Below are positions 34,426 to 44,493 of a stretch of 53,291 nucleotides of DNA, one piece after another. How positions within the stretch are numbered: position 1 is the first letter of the stretch; each line of letters starts with the position of its first letter. The position numbers were made by a program, and so were the translations under genes. Below the pieces are notes generated by a model, which made no database searches, was not told the DNA's origin, and saw nothing but the letters and a program-made list of their open reading frames with translations. Source of the stretch: Candidatus Giovannonibacteria bacterium RIFCSPHIGHO2_01_FULL_45_24. Lineage in GTDB: Bacteria; Patescibacteriota; Minisyncoccia; UBA11713; 2-01-FULL-45-33. The DNA lies in the NCBI GenBank assembly GCA_001778495.1, contig MFHE01000010.1, forward strand, positions 1 through 53,291. Direction: 5' to 3'.

Positions 34426-35880
34426 TTATAACTGTTCATATATGACGCGCAAAAAATTACTTATATTGTCTTCTCTGCTCAAATCGCTGCATGCTGCGTA
34501 TTCCTGGTCAGTATAACCGCGAAAACTGGCTTTATCAAAGGCAACTAAAAACTTGATTAATTCAGTTTCATCAAATCCGCGCCAAGCTTCAATTTCAGCA
34601 AAAGCCCGGCGGCAAGATTCAGCGCTATCCACCCGGAAAACCCCTGGGCTATTTTGGAACCAAACATGCCCGAAAAGCAAAGCAGGTTTTGACCTCATTA
34701 CTGCTTCCCACGCGGCGGTTCCGGTAACTGCGGCCACCGTTTTAGCATAATGAATCAGCTCAAACGTGTTCGTTCCAATCGGCATTATTCTAGCGTTTTT
34801 CAGGGCAACAATAGATTTATAATAACCCCGCGGGCGATCGTTAAAAAATGCCGGGCCGCGCGGCAACCACTGAAAGGGGTGTTCCTTGACATAAATTAGC
34901 CAATCTTTCGGCAAAGCAGCCGCTAAAATTTCCAGCATTAAAAGCTGGTCTACAAAAACGTCTCCCTGGGTGACAGTGTTCTGCTCTGGTTGTGTGTGAA
35001 GCGGAACATAAACAAAATTCCTGCTGAAATCCGGAGAAGACTGAACTGATAAATATTCTTTTTTCATGTTGGGGCCAATCCTGTTGATAAAAAAACTTAT
35101 GGCTTTTTTGGGCAAAGAAAGGTCTTTGGCGCTACTTGCAATCAGCCGCATCCGTTCTCTAAAAGTATGGGCGGCGCTAAATCTTCCTTCCAAAAAAACA
35201 TTAATTTCCTTATATGTTGCTTCTCTAAAATCCGAAATGTCCTCGGGGCCTTGAGACAACTTTCTGTGTTTAGAATAGTAATCCCGCAAGTCCTCGCTTA
35301 AATTCGCAACACTAAATTTACCCGATTGGTTTTTCCAAGCCTGCGGTTTAAGCAACGGATGTCCCTCTTTAAAATCTTCATAGAGCAGCAGCCGGTCGTT
35401 TACTACCGAAACCTCGACTACCAGCGTTTTAACGTTTCTGCTTTTAGCCAGCGCGTAAATAACGTAATCATAAATGGCGTGCGGCGCGGAAAGAAAAAGA
35501 ATCGCATCCGGGTTATATTTGTCAAATACTCCGCGCCAATACTGCACAATATGATAATATAAATGTTTCCTCTCGTTGATCGCCAAATGGCCGAGCCGCT
35601 TGTTCATCATAGTTAAAACAACCGACTCGGTGCCGTAAAATTGCTGGATTACATCACGTCCGACCGAAGGAAATTCTTCGGCATTAACGCCATGAGCCGG
35701 CTTGCCCGCTATTGCTTCGTAGTGATCGTGAAAAATCGTGCCGGGAAAAGTTTTATAATCCGCTTCTTTGCCAAAATCACAAACCCAATAAACTATCTCG
35801 TGGCCGCTTTCCTGAAGCCGCTTTGCGATTTCTATCATCCCGATTTCCTTACCTGACCATGATATTAAAAATAAACGCAT
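34426..35880 (-). CDS. Capsule-synthesis (KpsS/LipB-like) protein, possible nonulosonate transferase
   Basis: YVPLHTQPE, YVKEHP, VTGTAAWEA. Confidence 0.75.
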   Translation of the reverse strand: MRLFLISWSGKEIGMIEIAKRLQESGHEIVYWVCDFGKEADYKTFPGTIFHDHYEAIAGKPAHGVNAEEFPSVGRDVIQQFYGTESVVLTMMNKRLGHLAINERKHLYYHIVQYWRGVFDKYNPDAILFLSAPHAIYDYVIYALAKSRNVKTLVVEVSVVNDRLLLYEDFKEGHPLLKPQAWKNQSGKFSVANLSEDLRDYYSKHRKLSQGPEDISDFREATYKEINVFLEGRFSAAHTFRERMRLIASSAKDLSLPKKAISFFINRIGPNMKKEYLSVQSSPDFSRNFVYVPLHTQPEQNTVTQGDVFVDQLLMLEILAAALPKDWLIYVKEHPFQWLPRGPAFFNDRPRGYYKSIVALKNARIMPIGTNTFELIHYAKTVAAVTGTAAWEAVMRSKPALLFGHVWFQNSPGVFRVDSAESCRRAFAEIEAWRGFDETELIKFLVAFDKASFRGYTDQEYAACSDLSREDNISNFLRVIYEQL

Positions 35881-35884
35881 ACCG

Positions 35885-37687
35885 TTATTTTTTAGCGTGA
35901 TAAACTCTAAAAAAATAAGAATTCTGATTCGCTAAAAGCTCGCGGGGGCTCCCCTCTTCCAAAATCCTGCCATTATCTAAAACTATAAGCCTATCGGCTG
36001 AAACAACTGTAGAGAGTCTGTGGGCTATAGTAAAAACCGTAACCCGCCCCCGCAAATTTTCAATGGCCTTTTGAATTAAAATTTCGGACTCGTTATCTAA
36101 AGAACTGGTAGCCTCATCCAAGAGTAAAATTTCAGGATGCCTAGCCAAAACTCTGGCCAAAACTACGCGCTGACGCTGACCCACCGAAAGCTGAATGCCA
36201 CGCTCGCCCACCAATGTTTTGAACTTTTCTGGCAAAGACTCAATAAAATCAAAAATATTGGCCATGCGAGCGGCTTCTATCATATCGGCATCAGTCACGC
36301 TCTCGCCGTAAAATTTTATATTATTTTCAATAGTGCCATTCATTAAAAAAATGTCTTGGGAAACATAGCCAATATTGGTTCGCCATTCCCTAAGCTTAAT
36401 GTTATAAATATCAACTCCGTCCAAAGTAATCGTGCCTCTTTGCGGGTCCAGAAGGCGCAACATAAGGTCAACAATAGTTGTTTTGCCAACGCCCGAAGGT
36501 CCGATAAGCCCCGTCGTCTCCCCTTTTTTAATGAAAAAATTGACTCTCTTAAGTACTGGTCCGTAAGAGGCGCCGTAAGCAAAATGCACATTGTTAAACC
36601 GCAAACAATCCCGGAAATTAAAATTGCGCTTGCCTAAATCCTTTTCTTTGCGCCCCAATATTTCATTCTCATATTGCATCGCCCCCCGCAAATAAGGTTC
36701 GTAAGAAATTACGGAGTGAAAAAAAGATTGCCCCTGCTGCGCTTGGGTAAAAATTTTATTAATAGCATAGACAATGACCGCAAACGAAGCCATATTAAAA
36801 CTTTGATCCGATCTGTAAAAATAAAGGAACGCTGCCATTATAAAAAAAAGACCAATGGGCTGAATAAGCGTATTGGTTAATATAGACGCCAAAGTAATTC
36901 TCACATTAAGCTCTTTCAGCCGATCGAAGTAGCTGTTGGCGCGCTCTACAATTTTATCTTTGACTTCAATGGATTTAATTGTTTTGACGCCCAAAAGGCT
37001 CTCGTTTACAAAATGCGCCACATCCTTAAAAACCACGCTCATCTCTGAAGATGCGGCTTCATTTTTTTTAAAAAAGGGCTTAAAAACATAAAAAGACGAT
37101 AGTGCCAAAACAAATGCCGCAAAAGCAATAATGGCGGATATATTGACAGCCAAAATAATGTAAATCAAAAGATTAGCGGTCACAATAATCAAACTGCTGA
37201 CATGAGAGAAAAGAGCGGAGCTGTTATTGATATAAGTTGTTAAAATCTGATCCAAGTAACCCAGTTTATGTTTCGTAAGATACGGCCAGTCTGCAAAAAA
37301 AGTTTGACTAAAAAGTAAGTTGCGCTTTCTGCGGGCAAATTCCGAGACTGTTTTTGCCGCAATGAAACTGGCCATGAAAAAAACGATGGTTTTTATCACA
37401 AAAATTGTTATAATAAACAAAATCAAATACTGCAAATTAAACGGCAGAATAAAATAATTAAAAAATTTCTCAATCATTCGTGAAACAATATCGGCGCCCT
37501 GTGCTCCATTTTTAAGAAAAGAAAAAAGAGGAATAACGGCATTTATGCCGATGCCCTCCAAAACACTGCTTAAAAAACTCAAAAGCGTGAAAGCGACAAC
37601 AGCCCACTTAAATTCGCCGAAGGCTTCGCCGAATAATCTGAATAAACCGAAAATCTTTTTACCGGCACTTTGCATTACAACCATCAA
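35885..37687 (-). CDS. ABC transporter permease/ATPase (MsbA/PglK-like flippase)
   Basis: TM domain, GPSGVGKTT, LSVGQRQR, LDEATSSLD, IAHRLST. Confidence 0.92.
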   Translation of the reverse strand: MMVVMQSAGKKIFGLFRLFGEAFGEFKWAVVAFTLLSFLSSVLEGIGINAVIPLFSFLKNGAQGADIVSRMIEKFFNYFILPFNLQYLILFIITIFVIKTIVFFMASFIAAKTVSEFARRKRNLLFSQTFFADWPYLTKHKLGYLDQILTTYINNSSALFSHVSSLIIVTANLLIYIILAVNISAIIAFAAFVLALSSFYVFKPFFKKNEAASSEMSVVFKDVAHFVNESLLGVKTIKSIEVKDKIVERANSYFDRLKELNVRITLASILTNTLIQPIGLFFIMAAFLYFYRSDQSFNMASFAVIVYAINKIFTQAQQGQSFFHSVISYEPYLRGAMQYENEILGRKEKDLGKRNFNFRDCLRFNNVHFAYGASYGPVLKRVNFFIKKGETTGLIGPSGVGKTTIVDLMLRLLDPQRGTITLDGVDIYNIKLREWRTNIGYVSQDIFLMNGTIENNIKFYGESVTDADMIEAARMANIFDFIESLPEKFKTLVGERGIQLSVGQRQRVVLARVLARHPEILLLDEATSSLDNESEILIQKAIENLRGRVTVFTIAHRLSTVVSADRLIVLDNGRILEEGSPRELLANQNSYFFRVYHAKK

Positions 37688-38727
37688 ATTTGGTGTGAAT
37701 CTGCTTCTTTGATCAGCGCCGAAAGGCGATCCTCGGAAAGTTTGGGCGCAAATTCCGAAGAAAAACTTTTATTCCCTGCGGCTATCAACTTTGCCGGATA
37801 CTTTTCTTTGTATTCTTCCCCCACAACCTTTTCGTGCGGAGTCAAAATATACATATCCTTGGTCTCAAACGCCCGCGGCAGTTCATGGTCGGCCAGCAAT
37901 TTTTCATGTATTTTCTCGCCGGCTCTTCTGCCGACTATTTTAATTTTAATTTCCGAAGATTTTTTCCCGAACATGGGCGCGTAATGCTTCACGGCAGCTT
38001 TTGCCAAATCGGCCAAGCGCACAGCTGGCATCTTTAAAACAAAAACTTCCTGCCCGCGCATTAGGTTCGTCGCGGAGAGCACCAAGCTTGCCGCCTGCGG
38101 TATGGTCATCACAAACCTTGTCATTTTAGGATTAGTAATAGAAACGGCGCCGTTATTTTTAATCTGTTTTTTAAAAAGCGGCAAGATGCTCCCCCGGCTG
38201 CCCAAAACGTTGCCGAAGCGCACGCAAGCAAATTTTGTTTTCCGGTCACCTTTGTAATAAAAAGAGGATAAAAATAATTTCTCCGCCATAAGTTTGGAAA
38301 CGCCCAGGATGCCTTCCGGCTCGGCAACTTTGTCGGTGGAAATGCCGACCACTTTTCCTATATTTAAGTCCCGCGCGACGTCTATGACGTTCTGCGTGCC
38401 CACGATGTTCGTTTTCACGACTTCAAAAGGGTTGTATTCGCACATCTCAACCTGCTTGAGCGCGGCGGCGTGAAAAACAATGTCCACTCCTTCCATGGCC
38501 ATGCGCAAGCGGTCTTTATCGCGAATATCTCCGATAACGAATCTTAAGTGGTCGTTTTCGTGGTTGTACCCCAGATCATTCATTAAAGTGTAATGCCTGT
38601 CTTCGTGGCGCGCGAAAACGCGGATGCTTCTCGGGCTGAAATTCAAAAGCTGGCGGACGATTTCTGAACCAATTGAGCCTGTGCCGCCCGTGACCAAAAT
38701 ATTTTTATTTTTAAATTCGCTCTGCAT
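37684..38727 (-). CDS. NDP-sugar 4,6-dehydratase (Polysacc_synt_2, CapD/PseB-like)
   Basis: TGGTGSIGS, FHAAALKQV..CEYNP, STDK, VRFGNVLGSRGS, MTRF, GEKIHE. Confidence 0.9.
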   Translation of the reverse strand: MQSEFKNKNILVTGGTGSIGSEIVRQLLNFSPRSIRVFARHEDRHYTLMNDLGYNHENDHLRFVIGDIRDKDRLRMAMEGVDIVFHAAALKQVEMCEYNPFEVVKTNIVGTQNVIDVARDLNIGKVVGISTDKVAEPEGILGVSKLMAEKLFLSSFYYKGDRKTKFACVRFGNVLGSRGSILPLFKKQIKNNGAVSITNPKMTRFVMTIPQAASLVLSATNLMRGQEVFVLKMPAVRLADLAKAAVKHYAPMFGKKSSEIKIKIVGRRAGEKIHEKLLADHELPRAFETKDMYILTPHEKVVGEEYKEKYPAKLIAAGNKSFSSEFAPKLSEDRLSALIKEADSHQI

Positions 38728-39670
38728 TTTTTAAATATTGGCCATTAGAATAAATGGCGTTTTTTGGGTCGCGAACCCTGCCGGCCGTGATAAGCTGGTA
38801 AATTTCCCGCACGCCGTCTTCCAAACTATATCGCGGCTTCCATCCGTATGACATAAACTTTGCCGAAGAAACTTTATAATTTCTCAAGTCTTCAAATGTG
38901 ACATTATCGTGTTCAACTTTTGCATCGGGGATTATCTTTTTTATTGTATCCGCGATTTCAGAAACCTTGTAGTTCTTAGCGCTTAAATTAAATAGGCCGT
39001 TCAGGTTATTTTTTATTCCAAACAATATTCCATCCGCAGCGTCTTTGACGTGCATGAGCGGCCTCCATTGCTCGCCGCCGAAAACCGTCAAAATCTCATT
39101 AGCGGCAGCTCTTTGGGTCAGCAGATTAACGGCGAGATCAAATCTCAACCGCGCGTGCCTGTCTCCTGCGCCAAAAAGAGTGCCGAGCCGGAATATGAGA
39201 TAGTCGTTCGAACGTGCCATAATTTCTTTTTCTGCTTTCAGCTTGGTTACAGCGTAATGCGACAATGGCTTGACCTCCGACGATTCATCCAGTAAGCCGT
39301 CGTTTTTCCCGTAAACAGAGCAGGTAGAAGTATAAACTATTTTGCCCTTATAATTTCTGGTAAACCACTGAACGGCGGAGAGATTAATTTCTCTGGCAGC
39401 AGTAGGATTAATTGCGCACGCCTCATCCCCGACTATCGCCGCCAGCCAAATGACAATGTCAAAGTTGTTTATAATCCGGCCCAATTTTTCTTTATCGCGG
39501 ATATCGCCATAAATAAAATTTATATTTTTTAAGTAGCGATCTTCGTAGATAAGATTATCATAAATGGCAACGTCGCATCCTTTTTCCATAAGCAAATCGG
39601 CGAGATGTCCGCCAACATAGCCCGCACCACCGCAAATCAGCACTTTAGTTGTATTTTTTGACGGCATCAA
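38711..39670 (-). CDS. NAD-dependent epimerase/dehydratase
   Basis: GGAGYVG, STCSVYG, YAVTK, RFDLAVN, GGEQWRP. Confidence 0.9.
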   Translation of the reverse strand: MMPSKNTTKVLICGGAGYVGGHLADLLMEKGCDVAIYDNLIYEDRYLKNINFIYGDIRDKEKLGRIINNFDIVIWLAAIVGDEACAINPTAAREINLSAVQWFTRNYKGKIVYTSTCSVYGKNDGLLDESSEVKPLSHYAVTKLKAEKEIMARSNDYLIFRLGTLFGAGDRHARLRFDLAVNLLTQRAAANEILTVFGGEQWRPLMHVKDAADGILFGIKNNLNGLFNLSAKNYKVSEIADTIKKIIPDAKVEHDNVTFEDLRNYKVSSAKFMSYGWKPRYSLEDGVREIYQLITAGRVRDPKNAIYSNGQYLKNAERI

Positions 39671-40763
39671 TAACTTTATTAGATATATATTTAATGTCCG
39701 GCCTCTTAAGCCCGACGTAAAACGGCAGGGCCAGCGTGCTTGCGCTCACGGTTTCAGAGATCGGATAGTCGCCGGGTTTAAATCCAAACCTGCTTCTGTA
39801 AAAACTGAAAAGGTGGATTGAAGGCAGATACGGCTTTGTCGCGATGCCCTGTTTTTGAAGGTCAAGCATGACTCTGTCGCGGTTGATATTTCTATTTTTG
39901 ATGCGGACAACGTAAACCTGCCATGTGTGGGTGTTGTGCGGATGAGTTTGAGGAGTTTGAATCAAATCTCCGTGCGGAGCCAAAAATTCATGATACCAGT
40001 CGGCAATGCTGCGCTCGCGCAAAAGAAAATCAATATTTTCAATCTGCGCAAGGCCGACGGCCGCGCTCATCTCATCCATCCGGTAGTTATAACCAAGGCG
40101 ATTATGGTCCAGCCACTGCATATTTTCGGCTCTGCCCTGATTGCGCAAACTCCTGCAAAGCCCGTAAATCCTTTTATTGCTGGTCACGATAACTCCGCCT
40201 TCGCCGGTAGTCATCTGCTTGTTCGCGTAAAAAGCGAAAACCGCCGACTCGCCGAATGTGCCCGCCATGCGGCCTTTATAGGTCGCACCCAGCGATTCGC
40301 AGGCGTCTTCTATTATTTTCAAATTGTATTTTCTGGCGATTTTTAAAATAGGAGCCATTTCCGCCGGCTGGCCGAAGATATGCACGACCAAAATCGCCTT
40401 TGTTCTTTTGGTTATCGCGCGCTCAATTTTTTGGGGGTCAATATTGTAAGTTAAAGGGTCAATATCTGCAAAAATCGGTTTTGCGCCGACATACAAAATC
40501 GCGTTAGCGGAAGCCACAAAGGAAAACGGCGTGGTTATCACTTCGTCGCCAGGGCCAATGCCAGCCGCAATCATAGCGAGATGCAGCCCCGCCGTGCCGG
40601 AGGAAACCGCGCAGGCGTATTTCGCTCCGATAAACTTCGCAAACTTATTTTCAAAGCGCTCCTGCTTTTTGCCCAAGCTTAAAATGCCGGAATTTAAAAC
40701 TTCCAGCACGTATTTCTTCTCCCGATCCGTAATATAAGGCTTGGCGCTAGGATAGCGTTTCAC
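39645..40763 (-). CDS. DegT/DnrJ/EryC1/StrS sugar aminotransferase
   Basis: SSGTAGLH, IEDACES, FYANKQMTTGEGG, GYNYRM. Confidence 0.95.
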   Translation of the reverse strand: MKRYPSAKPYITDREKKYVLEVLNSGILSLGKKQERFENKFAKFIGAKYACAVSSGTAGLHLAMIAAGIGPGDEVITTPFSFVASANAILYVGAKPIFADIDPLTYNIDPQKIERAITKRTKAILVVHIFGQPAEMAPILKIARKYNLKIIEDACESLGATYKGRMAGTFGESAVFAFYANKQMTTGEGGVIVTSNKRIYGLCRSLRNQGRAENMQWLDHNRLGYNYRMDEMSAAVGLAQIENIDFLLRERSIADWYHEFLAPHGDLIQTPQTHPHNTHTWQVYVVRIKNRNINRDRVMLDLQKQGIATKPYLPSIHLFSFYRSRFGFKPGDYPISETVSASTLALPFYVGLKRPDIKYISNKVIDAVKKYN

Positions 40764-40782
40764 TAAATATAAAACCCCCAGG

Positions 40783-41205
40783 TTAGTCTCGGGGTTTCTT
40801 GGGCAATTTTCTCAAAACCCTTGCGGGAACGCCGGCGGCAATTACATTGGACGGCAAGTTCTTATTTACAAAGCTGTGCGCGCCGACAATGGTATTTTCT
40901 CCGATTGTCACTCCGGGCATCACGGAGCTGTGGGTTCCGATGCGGCAGTTTTTTTTAAGAACGATTTTCCCTTTTTTATTGTCAATCGTAGAGTAAGAAT
41001 ACAAAGAGCAATGCGACCCTATCTGTACTTCATCTTCTATTTCCACGCCGTGCTTTGCCACTATTAAAGTGTACGCGCCGATGTCAGTGTTTTTGCCGAG
41101 TTTCAAACCTTCCGGATAGAGCACATTCCAATTATATTTAGTGGGCTTCCCGTGCACAATTTTCGGCGCCTTCCAATTTTTGAATCTTGCTTTAGTTCTA
41201 GACAT
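40783..41205 (-). CDS. Hexapeptide-repeat acyltransferase
   Basis: IG...VMPGVTIGEN.IVGA.S.V, AGVPARV. Confidence 0.9.
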   Translation of the reverse strand: MSRTKARFKNWKAPKIVHGKPTKYNWNVLYPEGLKLGKNTDIGAYTLIVAKHGVEIEDEVQIGSHCSLYSYSTIDNKKGKIVLKKNCRIGTHSSVMPGVTIGENTIVGAHSFVNKNLPSNVIAAGVPARVLRKLPKKPRD

Positions 41206-41225
41206 ATCGTCCTCATTAGCTAACC

Positions 41226-42281
41226 CTAGTTAGAAAACATTTCCTCGCTAATCAGAGTTTCGGCTGGGATGTCTGACTTAGCCGTTTTGCCGATAATTTT
41301 ATTGAGATATTTTGGCAGCATGCCGGTTCCCGGGCGCTTGATGTCCAGATTTTCGCTGGTGAATTTTTCGCCCTTTTTAATGTCACGGGCGGCCACAATG
41401 CTTTTTCTCGCAACCGTCACGTATTGGCGCTCGGCCGGAAGAAGCTCTTTTGTGCCGCTGCCCATCATTAGCGGCACCTGCTTTACCATCGCAACCATTT
41501 CTTTAAATTCTTTTGGTTCAGTGGAGGCAATATGGTCAGGCCCATTCATTTTTCTATCCAAAGTAAAGTGCTTTTCTATCATGCAGGCGCCAAGGGCAAC
41601 TGCCGCAATGGCGGCTTGCGGCCCTACGGTATGGTCGGAATACCCCACAAGCGCGCCGAGTTCTTTCATCAAGGTCTGCATCGCGCTCAAGTTTACATTC
41701 TCCGGCGCAAGCGGATAATCGGTCGTGCAATGAAAAACCAATATCTGGTCGTTGCCTGCGCCTTTTATCGTCTCAACTGCTTCTTTTGTTTCCTCTAAAT
41801 TGGACATACCGGTTGATATAAGCATTGGTTTCCCGAACTTCGCCGCGTATTCCAAAAGCGGCAAATTGGTGAGGTCGCCCGAGCCGAATTTAAACGCGGG
41901 GACGTTGTAGGACTGAAGCAAGTCAACGGATTCCTTGCCGCCGTGCGGCGTGGAAATAAAAATTATATTTTTTTCTTTGGCCAGTTTAATCAGCGCCTGG
42001 TACCAGTCCTCTTTTAACTCCAATTTCCTCAACATCTCCAGCTGGCTTTCTTCGGCGCCAATGTTCTTTTTCTGATAATCAGCCATCTTGCCCGCTCCAG
42101 TCACAACCTGCTCGGCGCGGAAAGTCTGGAATTTCACCGCGTCCGCGCCCGCGTTTGACGCGGCGTCAATCAGCTTTATCGCCAAATCAAAATCGCCGCT
42201 GTGATTTACTCCGGCTTCGGCGATAACAAACGGCGGATTGCCGTAATTTACTTTATAGCCGCCGATAACCAGGTCTTTCAT
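41226..42281 (-). CDS. neuB: Nonulosonic acid synthase (NeuB/LegI family)
   Basis: IAEAGVNHSG, AVKFQT, GYSDHT, IEKHFTLD, GPDH; C-terminal SAF domain. Confidence 0.93.
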   Translation of the reverse strand: MKDLVIGGYKVNYGNPPFVIAEAGVNHSGDFDLAIKLIDAASNAGADAVKFQTFRAEQVVTGAGKMADYQKKNIGAEESQLEMLRKLELKEDWYQALIKLAKEKNIIFISTPHGGKESVDLLQSYNVPAFKFGSGDLTNLPLLEYAAKFGKPMLISTGMSNLEETKEAVETIKGAGNDQILVFHCTTDYPLAPENVNLSAMQTLMKELGALVGYSDHTVGPQAAIAAVALGACMIEKHFTLDRKMNGPDHIASTEPKEFKEMVAMVKQVPLMMGSGTKELLPAERQYVTVARKSIVAARDIKKGEKFTSENLDIKRPGTGMLPKYLNKIIGKTAKSDIPAETLISEEMFSN

Positions 42282-42283
42282 TT

Positions 42284-43426
42284 TTAGTAAGCGATTTGCT
42301 TAGTCAATAATTTCTGGTTAATTTCCAAATCCTCCAAAATCTTGGCGACTCGCTGGCCGGTTTTGCCGTCTCCCCAAGGGTTTTTTATTTTTTTAAACCC
42401 GGCAAGATACTTTTTATCGTACAAAGATTTTGCTATTGCTTTTTTGATTTCAGCGCGGCTGTAGCCAACATCTATAACATTGCCCCCGCGCTGGCGGCCC
42501 CGTTGTCGCGCGCCTATATTTACCACCGGCGTCTTAAAAGAAGATGACTCGATCATTGCGGCGCTTGAATTCCCAACCCAGACCGCAGCTTCCCGCTCCA
42601 GCGCCAGAAAATCTTTATGCCCCAAGCCTTTAAATATCCTGAATAGCGGATTTTTCCTTTCTTTCTCAATGACTTTAATAATTTCTCTGCCGCCGGGGTC
42701 GGCATTCGGGTAAATCGCCACAACGGACAACCCGAAAGATTTTACCGCGGCCAGAGTTTCTTTTATCTGCCTGCCAGCGTCATTAAACTCCTCGTTAACC
42801 GAGTACTGGGTTATCAAAATAATTTTTTCTTCAGGATTAAGCCCCAGCTTTTTAAAAAGTTCCGCGCGGGTCGGCAATTTCTCGTTTAAAATCACGTCCA
42901 GCGCCGGAGCGCCGACAATATGTGTTCTACATGGCTCCTCACCCATTTTTCTGATTCGCTCCGCTGATTCTTTTGTGGCCGCAAAATGTATATGCGCAAT
43001 TTTGGTAATAGCATGCCTCGCGACTTCGTCCACAGTTAAAGTTTTTTCTCCGCCGTGGATATGAGCTACTGGAACGCCGAGATAAAGCGCCGCGGCTGCC
43101 GTAAGCAGCATCTCAACCCTGTCTCCCAAAATCAAAACGATGTCGGGCATCCGTTTTTCAAAAATCGCCGCGATTTTCTTTAAAAAATCTCCGGCAAATC
43201 GTGCCATGCCAGTTCGGTCGTCTGAACTGAAAATCGCCGGAACGGCGAGCGCGGCCGGAAATTGTTTTTTGACTTCGTCAAAAGTCCTGCCGAATCTCGG
43301 CATCAAATGCATGCCGGTTGCGTAGAGCTCCAGCTTCAATTTTCTGCTTTTTTGAATGGCGCGCAAAACCGGCGTCATCAGCCCGAAGTCCGCCCGCGTC
43401 CCGGAAACATAGGCGATTTTTCTCAT
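42284..43426 (-). CDS. neuC: Hydrolysing NDP-HexNAc 2-epimerase (NeuC/LegG family)
   Basis: GTRADFG, TGMHL, LGDRVE, HIHGGE, GNSS, RQRGR. Confidence 0.93.
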   Translation of the reverse strand: MRKIAYVSGTRADFGLMTPVLRAIQKSRKLKLELYATGMHLMPRFGRTFDEVKKQFPAALAVPAIFSSDDRTGMARFAGDFLKKIAAIFEKRMPDIVLILGDRVEMLLTAAAALYLGVPVAHIHGGEKTLTVDEVARHAITKIAHIHFAATKESAERIRKMGEEPCRTHIVGAPALDVILNEKLPTRAELFKKLGLNPEEKIILITQYSVNEEFNDAGRQIKETLAAVKSFGLSVVAIYPNADPGGREIIKVIEKERKNPLFRIFKGLGHKDFLALEREAAVWVGNSSAAMIESSSFKTPVVNIGARQRGRQRGGNVIDVGYSRAEIKKAIAKSLYDKKYLAGFKKIKNPWGDGKTGQRVAKILEDLEINQKLLTKQIAY

Positions 43427-43447
43427 TAATATTTAAACGAACGGCGC

Positions 43448-43476
43448 TTGCATTAAGTTTTCTGTGCATTTATAAT
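43448..43476 (+). promoter_or_regulatory. Sigma70 promoter of the formyltransferase gene (near-leaderless)
   Basis: TTGCAT-N17-TATAAT, ending 9 nt before the ATG. Confidence 0.65.
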
Positions 43477-43485
43477 AATTGAGAA

Positions 43486-44280
43486 ATGAAAATAACCGTA
43501 TTCACAAGCAATCAAGCGCGCCACATCTCCTTAATAGAAGATTTGGCGAAAATTGCCGACGAGGTTTACGCAGTAATAGAGTCCTTTACCGTTTTCACAG
43601 GCGAGGTAGCCGATTTTTATAATAAAACGGAAATAATGCAAAAATATTTTAGGAGTGCGGTTATTGAACCGGAAAGGCAAATTTTCGACGCGCCAAGGTT
43701 TTTACCAAAAAATGTGCGGGCGATGGTTCTCAAAGCCAGTGATTTAAGTTTATTGCCAATGGAGTTTTTGAAAGATGCACTGTATTCGGACAGATATATT
43801 GTCTTTGGATCAAGCTACATAAAAGGTCCGCTGGTTGAGTTTTTAGTCAAAAACAGAACGTACAATATACACATTGGAACCTCGCCTTATTACCGAGGAA
43901 ACTCCTGCAATTTTTGGGCTGCATATCATGGAAACTTTGATTACGTTGGCGCAACAATTCATCTTTTAAGCCGTGGCTTAGACTCGGGGGATATGCTTTT
44001 TCACGCATTCCCGGAGCAGATCGGCGATCCTCTTTTGCTCGGCATGAAAGCGGTAAAAGCCGCCCACAAAGGTTTAATTGAAAACATCAAAAACGGCAAG
44101 ATTGATAAAATGACACCCGTGCCGCAGGATAAATCTTCGCAGATAAAATATTCAAGAGGCGCGGATTTCACCGATGAGGTGGCGCGGGACTATCTGGAGA
44201 ATTTGCCCGCGCCAGAAACGGTTTTGGAAAAATTAAAAAACCGCGACCTCTCCAAATTTTTAAATCCGTATATTGGATAA
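43486..44280 (+). CDS. Formyltransferase-family protein
   Basis: NIHIG.SPYYRG, GATIH...GLDSG; opposite strand to the surrounding cluster. Confidence 0.85.
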   Translation: MKITVFTSNQARHISLIEDLAKIADEVYAVIESFTVFTGEVADFYNKTEIMQKYFRSAVIEPERQIFDAPRFLPKNVRAMVLKASDLSLLPMEFLKDALYSDRYIVFGSSYIKGPLVEFLVKNRTYNIHIGTSPYYRGNSCNFWAAYHGNFDYVGATIHLLSRGLDSGDMLFHAFPEQIGDPLLLGMKAVKAAHKGLIENIKNGKIDKMTPVPQDKSSQIKYSRGADFTDEVARDYLENLPAPETVLEKLKNRDLSKFLNPYIG

Positions 44281-44298
44281 AAATAGCGCAGTAATGAG

Positions 44299-44493
44299 TT
44301 ACTGCGCTTGCACTAAGGCCATATCTAAAATATTTTTTGCCGAATTAAAATCCGGAGCAAGACGCGGCTTGGCCTGCGACCGCGTCACAAAATCGGCTAA
44401 AATATCCCCCAAACTCACCGGCGTATCGGCTATGGTAAAAGGGAGCGCGCCGGATTTGAAAATTAAATTCTTTGAAACGCTGGCGCTCCCAAA
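44299..44493 (-). pseudogene. Start-less 64-codon C-terminal gene remnant
   Basis: Open frame FGSASVSKNL...AKNILDMALVQAQ* directly after the deacetylase TGA; ends in the hairpin GCGCAGTAA-TGAG-TTACTGCGC. Confidence 0.45.
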